DNA of 64,000 nt, from assembly GCA_030390025.1 (NCBI GenBank), contig CM059435.1, forward strand, positions 30,380,001 through 30,444,000. Reading direction: 5' to 3'. The number at the start of each line of letters is the position of its first letter. Positions within the stretch are counted from its first letter, which is position 1. This stretch comes from Squalus acanthias. Its lineage: Eukaryota. The notes under the pieces were generated by a model that saw only the letters and a program-made list of their open reading frames with translations, was not told the origin of the DNA and did not search any database. This document shows positions 22,374 through 34,559 of this stretch, one piece after another. Made by a program: the position numbers and the translations under genes.

Positions 22374-23730
22374 AGAATCCACTCACCGAGCCATGAACTG
22401 AGAAGAATCCACTCACCGAGCCACTAACTGGGAAGGATCCACTCACTGAGCCACTAACTGGGAAGGATCCACTCACCGAGCCACTAACTGAGGAGGATCC
22501 ACTCACCGAGCCACTAACTGGGAAGGATCCACTCACCGAGCCACTAACTGGGAAGGATCCACTCACCGAGCCACTAACTGGGAAGGATCCACTCACCGAG
22601 CCACTAACTGGGAAGGATCCACTCACCGAGCCACTAACTGGGCAGGATCCACTCACCGAGCCATGAACAGGGAAGGATCCACTCACCGAGCCACTAACTG
22701 GGAAGGATCCACTCACTGAGCCACTAACTGGGCAGGATCCACTCACCGAGCCACTAACAGGTTAGGATCCATTCACCGAGCCACTAACTGGGAAGGATCT
22801 ACTCACCGAGCCACTAACTGGGAAGGATCCACTCACCGAGCCACTAACTGAGGAGGATCCACTCACCGAGCCACTAACTGGGAAGGATCCACTCACCGAG
22901 CCACTAACTGGGAAGGATCCACTCACCGAGCCACTAACTGAGGAGGATCCACTCACCGAGCCACTAACTGGGAAGGATCCACTCACTGAGCCACTAACTG
23001 GGAAGGATCCACTCACCGAGGCACTAACTGGGAAGGATCCACTCACCGAGCCACTAACTGGGCAGGATCCACTCACCGAGCCACTAACAGGGAAGGATCC
23101 ACTCACTGAGCCATGAACTGGGAAGGATCCACTCACCGAGCCACTAACTGAGGAGGATCCACTCACTGAGCCACTAACTGAGGAGGATCCACTCACTGAG
23201 CCACTAACTGGGAAGGATCCACTCACCGAGCCACTAACTGGGAAGGATCCACTCACCGAGCCACTAACTGGGAAGGATCCACTCACCGAGCCACTAACTG
23301 AGGAGGATCCACTCACTGAGCCACTAACTGAGGAGGATCCACTCACTGAGCCACTAACTGGGAAGGATCCACTCACCGAGCCACTAACTGGGAAGGATCC
23401 ACTCACCGAGCCACTAACTGGGAAGGATCCACTCACCGAGCCACTAACTGGGAAGGATCCACCCACTGAGCCACTAACTGAGGAGGATCCACTCACCGAG
23501 CCACTAACTGGGAAGAATCCACTCACCGAGCCACTAACTGAGGAGGATCCACTCACCGAGCCACTAACTGGGAAGAATCCACTCACCGAGCCACTAACTG
23601 AGGAGGATCCACTCACCGAGCCACTAACTGGGGAGTATCCACTCACCGAGCCACTAACTGGGAAGGATCCACTCACCGAGGCACTAACTGGGAATGATCC
23701 ACTCACCGAGCCACTAACCGAGCAAGATCC
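22374..23730. repeat. 30-bp minisatellite, ~45 units, consensus GGATCCACTCACCGAGCCACTAACTGGGAA
   Basis: Exact 30-nt period (columns stay aligned across all 60-nt lines), substitutions only; most units carry a BamHI site. Confidence 0.98.
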
Positions 23731-24896
23731 ATAGACAAAGAGATGAGTTTATTTGCAGTTTCACATGTGGAAATGTAGTTTACATCAGAATCTTGGCTAC
23801 ACAAGTAGGCAGTAATGTAGCTTTGCTTCAATTACCAGCTTAAAAAGGAAATTGCCTGTGAGCAACAGGATTAGTACATTGGCCATTGGCAGCATCGCTT
23901 CTGACTCATCACTATATCGGCTGCAGGAAAATATGCAATAAGTTATCAATGGCGAGATCGGCGTGCTAAAGGCAATTTATAGTGTATGTTGCCAATCTGA
24001 CTTCTGCAGGAAAATGTGGGCATATATTTGCTTGTATATTTTTGGGTAATTTTCCTTGGATTACACACAAACTTATATTTAAATTTATGCTGTACCTGCA
24101 TTAAGTGAGTTGACATTTTCCTGTGAGATTCCCTCGATGGGTTCTTTTGCTGTTCTAGGTTCAAATGGCACTTCACAGAAGAATTAAGTAAAGGAAGGTT
24201 GACTAGTGATACAGAATAATTATGTCATAACTGATGAACATTATGAATTTGGTTTCCTAGGTACTGCCAAAAAGTGAATAGAATTTCTTTGAAAAGGCTT
24301 CATATTTTCTTTACCACAATTACTTGCTGTCAGTGGTTCAATCCTCAACAGGTTGCATTGCTTCAGAGGAGAGAATGTGAAAAATGCAAATCAGCACTTT
24401 TCATTATTTTGCAAATCGTTGCAATCTAAAAGTAATTAATTTCCCTGGGTATTGCTCATTGGTTGCCATATTGCACACAATGCAATAAATATGCACTACT
24501 AAACCATTTGAGATTAGCAATTACAGAGATAAAGGAAGCAATTGTCAGCTGCTAAACTGTTTAATATAATATAAAGGCAAGACATTATGACTGTGCCTAC
24601 TCGTGAACCAATAACACCAAGTGCTCTTTTGTTTTTAAAGATTAATTTATGCAAGAGTTTACATCAGTTAAGTGGCGATTTGAGAAATGTAGCAGTAGAG
24701 TTGGCGTAATCACAATCTGCAGGGGGTTGAAATGGTGAATTTCCTGACAATTTTGTGCTAAAATTCATGAAAAAGAATAACTAATGCAAGGAATGGACAA
24801 TTTGTGTGAGAATAGGCAGATATATCTTTAATTTGTGTGGCCATTATAGAAAGATTATTGGTGTCACCAAAGATGGCTAGAAGTTATTTTCAATAC

Positions 24897-25550
24897 AATA
24901 CAACAACATCACCAATTTGCATTTATAATGTCTTTAACTTAGAAAACCGTCCCAAGGTGCTTCACAGACGTGCTTGGAATAATGAACTCCGAGCCAAAGA
25001 AACAGAGATTAGGACAGCTGACCTAAAAGCTTTGTCTAAGCGGAGCCATTTTAAGACAGAATTCCACAGAATGGGGCACAGGCAGTGAAAGGGGTGGGTG
25101 GGGTGAGGCAGGTATATGCACGAGAGGCTGGAGCCAGAGCGACAGACAGTTTGGGGAAGTGGGTTGTAAGACTAAAAGAGGCTACAGAGATAGGGAGGAT
25201 CTAGACCATTGAGGGATTCAAACACAAGGATTAGCATGTTAACGTAAGGTGTTGGGGAAACTGGGAGCCAATATAGGTCAACAAGAACAGCGGTGATGGT
25301 GCAGGATAGGATACAGGCAGCAGATATTTGGATGTGTTGATGGAGGGTGGGGTGTCAGCCACTTGACCATTGGAATAATTGGGTATGGAGGTAACAGTGG
25401 GACTCAGAGGCAAGAAGGGGTTATGGGAAGGGTGGGATGGATTGAGATTGGGGCGGAGATGGGCAATGTTATGGAGCTGAAAGTAAATGTGATGGAGAGG
25501 ATTGCATCTAGTGGATTGCATTATGTGAGCGATGCAGTGGTGTGTTGAGA
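24897..25550 (-). mobile_element. Old L2 LINE 3' fragment
   Basis: (CAA)n tail and degenerate match to the L2 copies at 11408 and 62952 (IYFQLHNIAHLRPNL). Confidence 0.7.
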
Positions 25551-25609
25551 CAGTTTACATTATTTCATTCTGAAAAATTAATAAAAACATTGCCAAAACA
25601 CTTCTCAAA

Positions 25610-27951
25610 GGCCCAGATTTTGCGGTAAAAATAATGGTGAGGCTATCAGCACTCACAGTTATTAAAGTGTAAATCGGACTGCAACTTCCAGCGACTGCAC
25701 ATGCGCAGATAAACGTGGAAATCAGAAAGTTACAAGTGTGGAGTCTCATTTCTTCAGATTTTAATTATTGTTGGAGATTTTAAAAGAAGAAAAAAAATCT
25801 TTTTAACTTTTGCTTTCTGTCTCTTTTATCTCTTTCTCTTAATCCCATATTTCTTTCGCTCTCTTTATTTTGCTTTCTGTACTTGATTTAACATTGAATG
25901 AACTATTCTAACTGACACTTCCTAGTTCAGACTCTGCGGGCTGAATTTTGCCAGTGCTCAGAGGGCGGGTGTGGAGGCGGGTCCGCTGTCAAAATCAAAA
26001 AGATTGACAGCGGGCTGGTATCCCGCTCTAAACCCGCCTCCTTGTCAGTTTCCCAAGTGCCATTTCTGCCTGCGCTTTGCAGACACGGCACTAAGTGGCG
26101 GATCATTCAATTGTGCTCGTTAGGAGGGTGTTTAAAGTAATTAAATCCCCATTTTCCCAGCTCCAAAGTATTTTGCCAAGTTTTCCACGAGGTTCCTGTC
26201 GCTCGGGGATCATGCAGGTAAGCATGTCGGGTTCTAAACAACTCTCCATTTCTTTCAATAGGTGACAGCTGCAAAAGTGGTTTAAAACCTGCCATTTTAC
26301 AGCTGGTCAGTTTCCAAACTCAGAAGCTTCAGCCTTCAGTATTTGGAACCCACTTTTGAGCTTTATGCACTTTTGAAGTGTTTGGAGTAATCTCTCTATC
26401 CACGGTCACCTCCTTGGAACAACCTATCTCAACATTGACAGATTACTTCTGTCATCTCAAGTTCACCTGCCATCTATTTCATCAGCATCAGTGCTCTTGA
26501 AAAAAATCTCACTTTGGTCCTCAGAATCCCAACACAATCAGCCCCAACACCAGCATCACCAGGCACACCAGCAGCACTAACATCCACACCAGCCTTCTCC
26601 GCAATCAACAGATGCTGCACTGGACACTGGGCATCATCACCCATGCACATTGCTGCCCGGGACACCAGCAATGACCTCACCATGTCCAGATTAGCTTCAG
26701 TTAACACTGTACACCCTGGCGGCCACGTGGTGCATCAGGTTGGCACCACCCCACCCCAGCACCATAAAGCATCCCTACAATGTCCAAGCCATTCCTTTCA
26801 CACTCATCACCATTGGGGGCAGGGTGGGGGGGGGGACGTTATGTCTCACCTTTCACTGGAACTCACTAACACACTTTCAAAGGTACACACAAATCTGTCC
26901 AAGAAGCAAAGTGGTGACAATAAGGATTTCAATGCTTGACAACACATTAACAGAAAGTTTACACCACCATTGGCTAAAACATTCAAGTGCCTACCCTTGT
27001 GTGTTGTTACTTGTTATGATTGGACTAGGATGAGGGTGAGTGTGAGGGGTGGCTAGTGAGATGGGGAAGTGATAATGTAGATAGAGATGGATGGGTGGAG
27101 GTGCAAGGTAAGTTGGTGTGAGTAAGGATGTGCAGGAGTAGGGTAGGGAAGGCAGAGTGATGGGGATGTGATAAGTGGCACAGGAGGATGAGGTTGAGTG
27201 TGGCTTTGCAGTAACATTTTGTGATCTATAGTGATAATTGAAAGGTTTGCACCACTGCAGCCAGGTCCTCCTGACAACATCCCTGCTTGTGTCCTCCTGT
27301 GCAATGTGCAACCAGGCTGTGTTGGTCTCCTGGGGAGGTCTCTTCCGTCCATTGGAAGGGAAGAGGACCTCCCTGTGTGCTGTGACTCCCTCCACTATGG
27401 AGGGAGTCATGGGAGAGCCTGGGTGCAGCCGTGCACCTCTGTGCAGTGCTTGTCAGTGTTTGCAGCACCTCAGTGCTGTAGAACACTGACAGCACAAATA
27501 TCAAAATGAATTTGGACACGGTCCCTTTAAGGAAACCGGCTGATGACGCGTCATCAGATGACATCATCAGACCCTGCTTCCTTTTAATTGGCCGGGAACC
27601 TCACAGGGCAGGCTTAACAAGCCCAATTAGAGGAAAATCACTTGGAGGAGGCTGGATGAAGCCGGGTGCGGAGTTTGCAGTCGCGGTCTGCTCCAGCTGC
27701 ACCAAACTCGCCACGGCTTGCGAAATCGCGGCCTGCGTGTCTCAGTAAGGATTCTTCAAACTGATTGGTTAAGGAGATACACAGTTGCTTTCCTGTTTAC
27801 ACAGGTCCCAGATCCCCTGTAGAGGGCGCCACGCTGAAATAGTTTTCCAATCACCGCAAGTTCCAGTGCAAAAGCCCACAGAAAGTCTGTGGGGAAGTGT
27901 AAGTGTAATGAATGTCTGGCGCTGTTTGCCGCTGACCACAAAATCCGGGCC
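25610..27951. mobile_element. Harbinger-type MITE (same family as 18284-21121) hosting a nested element
   Basis: GGCCCAGATTTTGCGGT ... ACCACAAAATCCGGGCC; interior collinear with 18284-18348 plus 20417-21121. Confidence 0.85.
25938..27733 (-). mobile_element. Non-autonomous Harbinger retaining Myb exon 1 and intron (minus strand) and apparently fused transposase ends
   Basis: TSD TGC (25935-25937, 27734-27736), with the empty site at ~20893 (AGACTCTGCGTG); TIRs GGGCTGAATTTTG / GGCCGCGATTTCG; ORF 26991-27410 VEGVTAHREVLFPSNGRKRP...AWLHIAQE...RRTWLQWCKPFN. Confidence 0.85.
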
Positions 27952-28556
27952 AATGACAATATCATCTTGATTAAGGGTCATTCCAAAAAATCACTACAAT
28001 TTATTCGGACCATACTAAGATTCAAATCAACAATTAAAGTAAAATACTAGGGTCTAAGCTTAAGGAATCACTTATCACCCACCCCTAAATTAACTGGTTT
28101 CTTTGATATTTTCCCAGCATGACACAGCTGTTTGCTGGAATAACAGCAGAAATGTCAAAATAACCTTAAAAAAAATCAGATACAACAAAGATAAAATACA
28201 ACAACGTGGCTGTCGAACATCAATGCCAAAATTAATCTCCCCTGGGACTGACAAACGATAACTCTTAAAGTAGCTTCTTTTAAGTAGCAAAAGTGCAGTA
28301 CTAGACACAAAAGTTAGCATTGTTGTTAACTGTAACAACTGCATTATTGGAAGGTTACAGAGCACTGTGTGAGGAGTGAGGATTAGAGCACAGTTCCAGC
28401 CTGCTCATTGCATGTTGCTAAATTGCTGCTGAGAAGAGGCCACTGTGTGCTATTGTGTCGTACCCGTGCATTAGAGTAGTTAAGCTTAATGTTACCAGCA
28501 TTACAAGTACTTAAGTGAAAAGTGCGCCATATTTCAAGGCTCATGTATCACACATA

Positions 28557-31497
28557 GGCCTAGAAATTTGGCCATGAAGCACCCATTTTATGGGCGCTAG
28601 CTGGCCTGCTAAGCCTCCAATGTGGCGGGCAGAATGTGCATGCTCATTACGAGCTGAAAGTGCACTGCCCGCCATATTGGTAAACACCAAAACATCAGTG
28701 TGAAGTGCCCATACCTGAAACATGTGCTAGACCATTTGCATATGCAAATAAGGGGCCTAACATCTGTTTGAGGCCCCCTCTGTAAGATTGGTTTGCCCTG
28801 AGGCTGCCTGCGTGGCTGAACTCAGGCAAACAAGTTCTACATGCGACCTAACTGGCGGTCCTTAAATGGATGGCTGCAGCCCGCCACCAACAAGGCAAGA
28901 TTTTAAAAAGATCATGAAATACTTACAGGTTAGTTGCTGGATTATTTCTTCTGGCTACTGGTGCAATTGTACGTGCTTTTGGAGGTTTCCTATACTTGGC
29001 TAAAGTTTGAATACTCGACAGGGAGTGGTTTGGCTGCTACTGAAGTACTTTCTTTGTCATATAAAATATTGTACTGAAAGATGTTGCTTCCAGACATGGG
29101 TGACCTGGTAGGGCTTCCTCTGGGAATTGAACATGACTGGGAGAATGAAGAGAGGCCACACAGAGCAGGACAAGCTGCTAGAAGAGGGAGGAGGAGGAGA
29201 GGGAGAAGGGCTCTCAGCAGCAGGCCATATCCGCGGAGGGTCTTTAGGGAGCAATTCTCTTCCCTCAACTTCAGCGAGGACCAATGCATGAGACATCTTC
29301 GCTTCACAAAGGTTATACCCTCATGACATGGCTCATGACTCCACTCAAGAACCCATGCACATGCTGCCTCATGGAACATTATAGAGTGCAGCATCGGCAT
29401 CTTCAAACAAGCACTTCCGCTGCCTGGACCACTCTGGAGGAGTCCTGCAGTACTCAGCTGAGCGGGTATCCAAATTTGTGGTAGTATGCTGCACCAGGCT
29501 GATACCAGGAATGGCGGGATTGACCTATGAGGAGAGACTATGTAGTTTAGGGATGTACACACTGGAGTTTAGAAGATTGAGAGGGGACCTCATAGAAGTG
29601 TATAAAATTCTGACAGGTCTAGACAGACTAGATGCAGAAGGAATGTTTCCCTTGGCGGGTGAGAACAGAACTAGAGGACATAATTTAAGGATAAGGGCTA
29701 AACCATTTAGGACAGAAATGAGGGGGAATTTCTTCACTCAGAGGGTGGTGAACCTGTGGAACTCATTGCCACAGAGGGCAGTGTACGCCAGCTCATTAAA
29801 TATATTTAAGAGGGAATTAGATATATTTCTACAGGCAAAAGGGGTTAAGGGTTACGGAGAGAAGGCGGGGACGGGATACTGAATTGGAGGATCAGCCATG
29901 ATCTCATTAAATGGCGGAGCAGGCTCGAAGGGCCGGATGGCCTACTCCTGCTCCTATCTTCTATGTATCTATGTATCTATGTATCCTGCACAACCTGGCC
30001 ATTATGAGGGAACAGCCCTTACCACTACCTGTCAGGTGAGAAGCTGTGGAGCAGGAGCATGAGGAAGAGGAGGAGGAAGTGGAGGAGGAGGAAGTGCAAC
30101 AGGAAGTGGAGGAACAGGAAGAGGAAGTGAGGCTAAAATGTAGACAGCCGTTTTCTGCCTGGGCACTATGTGATCAGATTAATTATGAGTGATACCAGTA
30201 ACCTCAACCACACCTTCCCATTCACCAACAGTCCCACACTCCTTACCTTTCCTCTATCACTGACCATCACATCGCTCTCTTTCCGACAACACAAAAATAA
30301 AAACCACCAGAAAATGCACATTCAAATCCAATTTTATAAACTCATTCATTATATAATGCAAACAAAATTAAACTTATCACCATTGTGCATTCTCATAGTG
30401 CCTGTCAACCATGTAGTGGAGGCTGTTTGTGCTCCAATGGAAGCTGTGATATTGGCCATCAGATGCTGCATCTTGGTGCATTCCACAGGTGTGCTGATGG
30501 AGATGACCAACCATTCCATGCTGGAAAGCATGGGCTCCAAGCTCTGTGCAAAGTCTTGAGCCAAGTTGGTGCTGGACTCCTCCATGCTCTTTGACATTGC
30601 GCGCAGACTTTCCAGTGCATTTGGTTGTGTACACCCATCAGCCTTCTTCTGTAGCCAGGACCATCAAATTCTTCTGCAGAAGAACTAGGGTGCGACCTCG
30701 CCCTCTGGTGAGCTGGCACCTGCGTTATCCTTTCCCCCCATCCTGGCTCCTGTGCATGTGTGCCTGATGTCTCACCATGTGCAGATCCTTCCTCTATCCT
30801 AGCCTCTAAAATACACGCAGTGTCAGGGTCTGAGCTGCTGGCTGTGAGTGTAAGATCGAGTGACGGTGTCTCTTCATCTTCACTGTCTTCTTCCTCTTCC
30901 TCCTCTGACTGGAAGATTCCAGTTCTTGGGTAGCTGAAAGGAAAAATGGACAAAGTTTGGGTTGTGGTGAGGGGAGAGGAGAAAGTAAGAAATGCATGCT
31001 TATACCATCTGAAGTTTGTGAGTCAGAAGAGAATGAGGGATGGGGAAAAAGTGAGAAGAGAGAAGGAGGATTAGGTATGCAGATACAGTCATCATTGATC
31101 CCTCCAACCCCGCCAGTGACCATGGCTTCAGCGATGCCCCTTCCCAAGATTGTCAGCACTGTCTCCTCCATAGGGTTAAAACATGCAGGCACGCTTGTCC
31201 TCCTCCAGTTCTTTCCTGCTGCCCCTGTTATCTGTTACCTTCTCCTACAGGAAAGAGGGAAGTGTGTCAGTGAGTGTCCTGAAATATGTTTGGGTGATGT
31301 GGCTGTCATGATTGAATGGCTGTCAGTGTGTGTGAGCTATGAGTTGTAGGCTTGCAATAGTGCTGAGTATGTGAGGGTGAGGTAAACTATATGAATTGAA
31401 GGGTTGAGTACTGATTGATAAAGATTGTTGATAGGTGGGTGATGGGATTGTAGTGAATTGAGCAGTGGTTGAGGCTAGTGATACAATTGGTAGGATA
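28557..31497. mobile_element. Decayed two-gene Harbinger: transposase (+, ~29096-30200, internally deleted) and Myb-like gene exons 2-3 (-, ~30380-31250); right end lost at an L2 insertion
   Basis: Left end GGCCTAGAAATT; RPYPRRVFREQFSSLNFSEDQCMRHLRFTK; WNIIECSIGIFK..HFRCLDHSGGVLQYSAERVSKFVVVCC|ILHNLAIMR plus poly-Glu; minus-strand NPMEETVLTILGR and EEEEEDSEDEETPSLDL resemble exons 2-3 at 501-1572. Confidence 0.85.
29492..29982 (+). mobile_element. Short CR1 3' fragment inserted inside the CCILHN motif of the transposase
   Basis: ORF 29478-29882 TRLIPGMAGLTYEERL...NFFTQRVVNLWNSLP; (CTATGTAT)n tail; removing it restores TGC TGC ATC CTG CAC AAC. Confidence 0.92.
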
Positions 31498-32550
31498 TGC
31501 CCCTGCCACAGTACCGAAACGGCTCTCATCAAAGTCACAAATGACATCCTTTGTGACTGTGACAAAGGTAAACTATCCCTCCTCGTCCTTCTTGACTTGT
31601 CTGCAGCCTTTGACATGGTTGACCACTCCATCCTCCTCCAACGCCTCTCCACCATCGTCCAGCTGGGTGGAACTGCACTTGCCTGGTTCCATTCTTATCT
31701 AGCTAATCGTAGCCAGAGAATCACCTGCAATGACTTCTCTTCCCGCTCCTGCATCGTTACCTCTGGTGTCCACCAAGGATCTATCCTTGGCCCCCTCCTA
31801 TTTCTCATCTACATGCTGTCTCTTGGTGACATCATACGAAAACACAGCGTCAGTTTTCACATGTACGCTGACGACACCCAGCTCTACCTCACTACCACTT
31901 CTCTCAACCCCTCCACGGTCTCTAAATTGTCAGACTGCTTGTCCGACATCTAGTTCTGGGTGAGCAGAAATTTTCTCCAATTGAATATTGAGCAGACCGA
32001 AGCCATTGTTTTCGGTCCCTGCCACTAACTCCGTTTCCTAATACTGACTCCATCCCTCTCCCTAACATCTGTCTGAGGCTGAACCACAGTGTTTGCAAAC
32101 TTTGCAGCCAAAGTGCGCACGCGAATGGACACAGGAAAAGCTCAGGTTACATAGGCCTGTTTAAATGTAATAATTAATGGAATACATATTTCCAGGTAGC
32201 AGGGAATTGGTTGGGGACAATAGTAGGGAGACCAGGGTCAAAGACAGAGGTCCCATGGAAGGTCAAAGCCGACGTGAGCAGGATGGGGCCGGTACGGAGC
32301 ATTGACGAACCGATGTCCAAAGCGGGTGAGTGAAGTCCAGAAGCTATTTGAAGGGTAGAGAGTTCGAGGATGGAGGTTGTTGTTGTACGAATGAGAGTCG
32401 GTAGCGATGCAGAAAGATGATGGCGAAATTGACACAAGTTGGAGATCACCGTAGATCACAGCGGTGGAGAAAAAGTAAAACCATAAACCAGCGACCAGCA
32501 AAGCTGAAAACCGGTAGAACGAGTCACCGGACAGCAAGTGCTACCTACAA

Positions 32551-32645
32551 AATAACAACAGAAAACGCTGGAAAAACTCAGCAGGCCAGGCAGCATCCGT
32601 GGAGAGAGAAAGAGAGTTAACGTTTCAGGTCGATGACCTTTCATC
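32551..32645 (-). mobile_element. 95-bp Penelope-like pLTR fragment with a hammerhead core and a 14-bp TSD
   Basis: AGTGCTACCTACAA at 32537-32550 and 32646-32659; matches 53972-54075; minus strand CTGATGA-A-AGGTC-ATC-GACCT-GAAA-CG-TT-AACT. Confidence 0.85.
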
Positions 32646-32726
32646 AGTGCTACCTACAAGCCAGCAGAGCTGAAAAACCAGTAGAACCAGTTCAGCAGAG
32701 ACACAGCCGGAAGTTTAAAGGTAAAA

Positions 32727-33499
32727 GGGGGAAAAATTCAGCTGCTTGCGCCTCCCGTTAGCGCCTTAAGAGGGCGCTAATGGGGCGTAAAGCAGCTAAC
32801 GCCCGGGCGCAGCGCCGCCCACGCCTCCCGAAAAATTTAGTGGGAGGTTAGCGGCGGCGGCAGCCGGTAGCGCCCTGTGGCGCTGCGCCGCCGGCGATGA
32901 CGTCATCGCCGTGCGCAGCACCCCGCTCGCGCCCCGGCCGTGATCTTCAGTCGCGCCCCCTGATTTACCGCCAGACGCTATGTCCGACGGGTTCAGGGAG
33001 GCGTACGTGCGGCCGGGGCGGCGATATTTAAAGGGGAGGTGGCAGGCGGCCATTTTTGTTGCTGGCCGCCTGCCAGCACCTGCCCCCGTTGCTGTCCCCG
33101 GCCCCCGTGAAGCCCCCCCACCGTGAAGTGCCGGCTGCGCTCCAAGAGCCCGGCACTTCTCTTGAGTGCCGGGCTCTTTTGCCAGCACTCCCGATCCCTG
33201 GGGGCCCAGCTGGGACCCGGTTCGCGCTGCGCAGGGTCCCTCCCCTTTAAGAAGGGGAGGAAGGCCTGCAATACCGCGGCGCGACGTGCCGCAGCGCGTG
33301 GCGCTGCGGCACGTAGCGCCAGGATATTCACTCGCAGCGCCCCAAGAGGGATGCGGGGTGCTTCCAGTGGCGCCCCGCTTCCCTCTTGGGGCACAACCAC
33401 TGAAGTTCCGGCGCGGGGCCGCTAATTTTTTCGGGGCGCTAAAAGTCGCGCCCCGGCGAGGTTAGCGCTCCAAATGGGGCGCGACTCAATTTTTACCCC
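32727..33499. mobile_element. GC/CpG-rich Harbinger-type MITE
   Basis: TSD AAA; TIR GGGGGAAAAATT / GGGGTAAAAATT; perfect 20-bp palindrome CGGCGATGACGTCATCGCCG at 32892-32911. Confidence 0.88.
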
Positions 33500-34559
33500 A
33501 AAATCTTTTTGCAGCAGAGATAGAGACACAGCAGTTAAGTCTTATGGTGTAATCCAGTGCAGAAACGTAGTGTAATCCAACGTCGTTCAAAGCAGAAACG
33601 TAGTCTAGATGTCCGGAGAAGTCCAGGGGATCAGAAACCAATTTGACAAAAGAATTCCGCAGCTTAAGACTTGAAGTGACTGAAAAGCAGAGCAGCTCCA
33701 CAGCCGCTGAGTCAAACCGTGTAGTCAACGAAGTCCTGTCCGAAGTAGTCCAACGCACTCCTGCCTGACCTCCCACGTTCTACCCTACGTAAACTTGAGA
33801 TCATCCAAAACTCTGCAGCCCGTGTCCTAACTCACACCAAGTCCCATTCACCCATCACCCCTGTGCTCGCTGACCTACATTGGCTCCCGATTAAGCAACG
33901 CCTTGATTTTAAAATTCTCATCCTTGCCTCTGCCTATCTCTGTAATCTCCACCAGCCCCACAAACCCTGAGATATCTGCACTCCTCTAACTCTGGCCTCT
34001 TGAGCATTCCTGATTTTAATTGCTCAACCATTGGTGTCCGTGCCTTCAGATGTTTAGGCCCTAAGCTCTGAATTCCCTCCCTAAACCTCTCCGACTCTCT
34101 TCCTCTCTTTCATTCTCTAAGCCGCTCCTTAAAACCTCGCTCTTTGACCAAGGTCATCTGCCCTAACATCTCCTTATGTGGCTCAGTGTCAAATTTTGTT
34201 TTATAACACTCCTGTAAGCACCTTGGGACATTTTACTATGTTAAAGGCACTCTATGTTGTTGTTGTTGTAGTGAACTCCTCCATAGTCCTCTCATGAACT
34301 TGCAGTGCATTTTACACAGAAACAAATGTCTCACTTAGGTGATTCCGATCAGGCAGCAATCTACATTTGTAAGCAAATGTTGTGAAGTCTGAATCCCTAG
34401 ACGTTACAACAGAACCAGTAACTGCTGAGTTTCCAGGCAGCAGATGCCTGCCCTTGTCATCTTGACCTCTTTACAAGTGCACTGTGGGTCACTCTGTACT
34501 TCCTCCTCACGCTCACTATTGGTGGGGGTGGTGTAGCTATGCTGACCCTTGGGAGAGGT

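Larger units (their letters stand above)
31497..34270 (+). mobile_element. L2 LINE RT-to-3' fragment (31497-~32100 and ~33746-34270), interrupted by a composite insertion
   Basis: HSTETALIKV, LLDLSAAFDMVDH, GVHQGSILGP, MYADDTQLY; resumes SNALLPDLPRSTLRKLEIIQNSAA; (TGT)n tail at ~34255-34270. Confidence 0.9.

Noticed and set aside
22374-23730. CRISPR-like array or a real Ser/Gly/Val-rich protein gene (ORFs 22324-22746 and 22762-23706)
   Set aside because: Units are contiguous with no unique spacers and the context is eukaryotic. The long ORFs follow automatically from a stop-free 30-bp unit, start at non-ATG codons and have no visible splice support.
32727-33499. Host CpG-island promoter with short GC-rich ORFs (also 3996-4684, 55576-56298, 59153-60027)
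   Set aside because: Bounded by TIRs and 3-bp TSDs and repeated within the window; the ORFs reflect high GC content.
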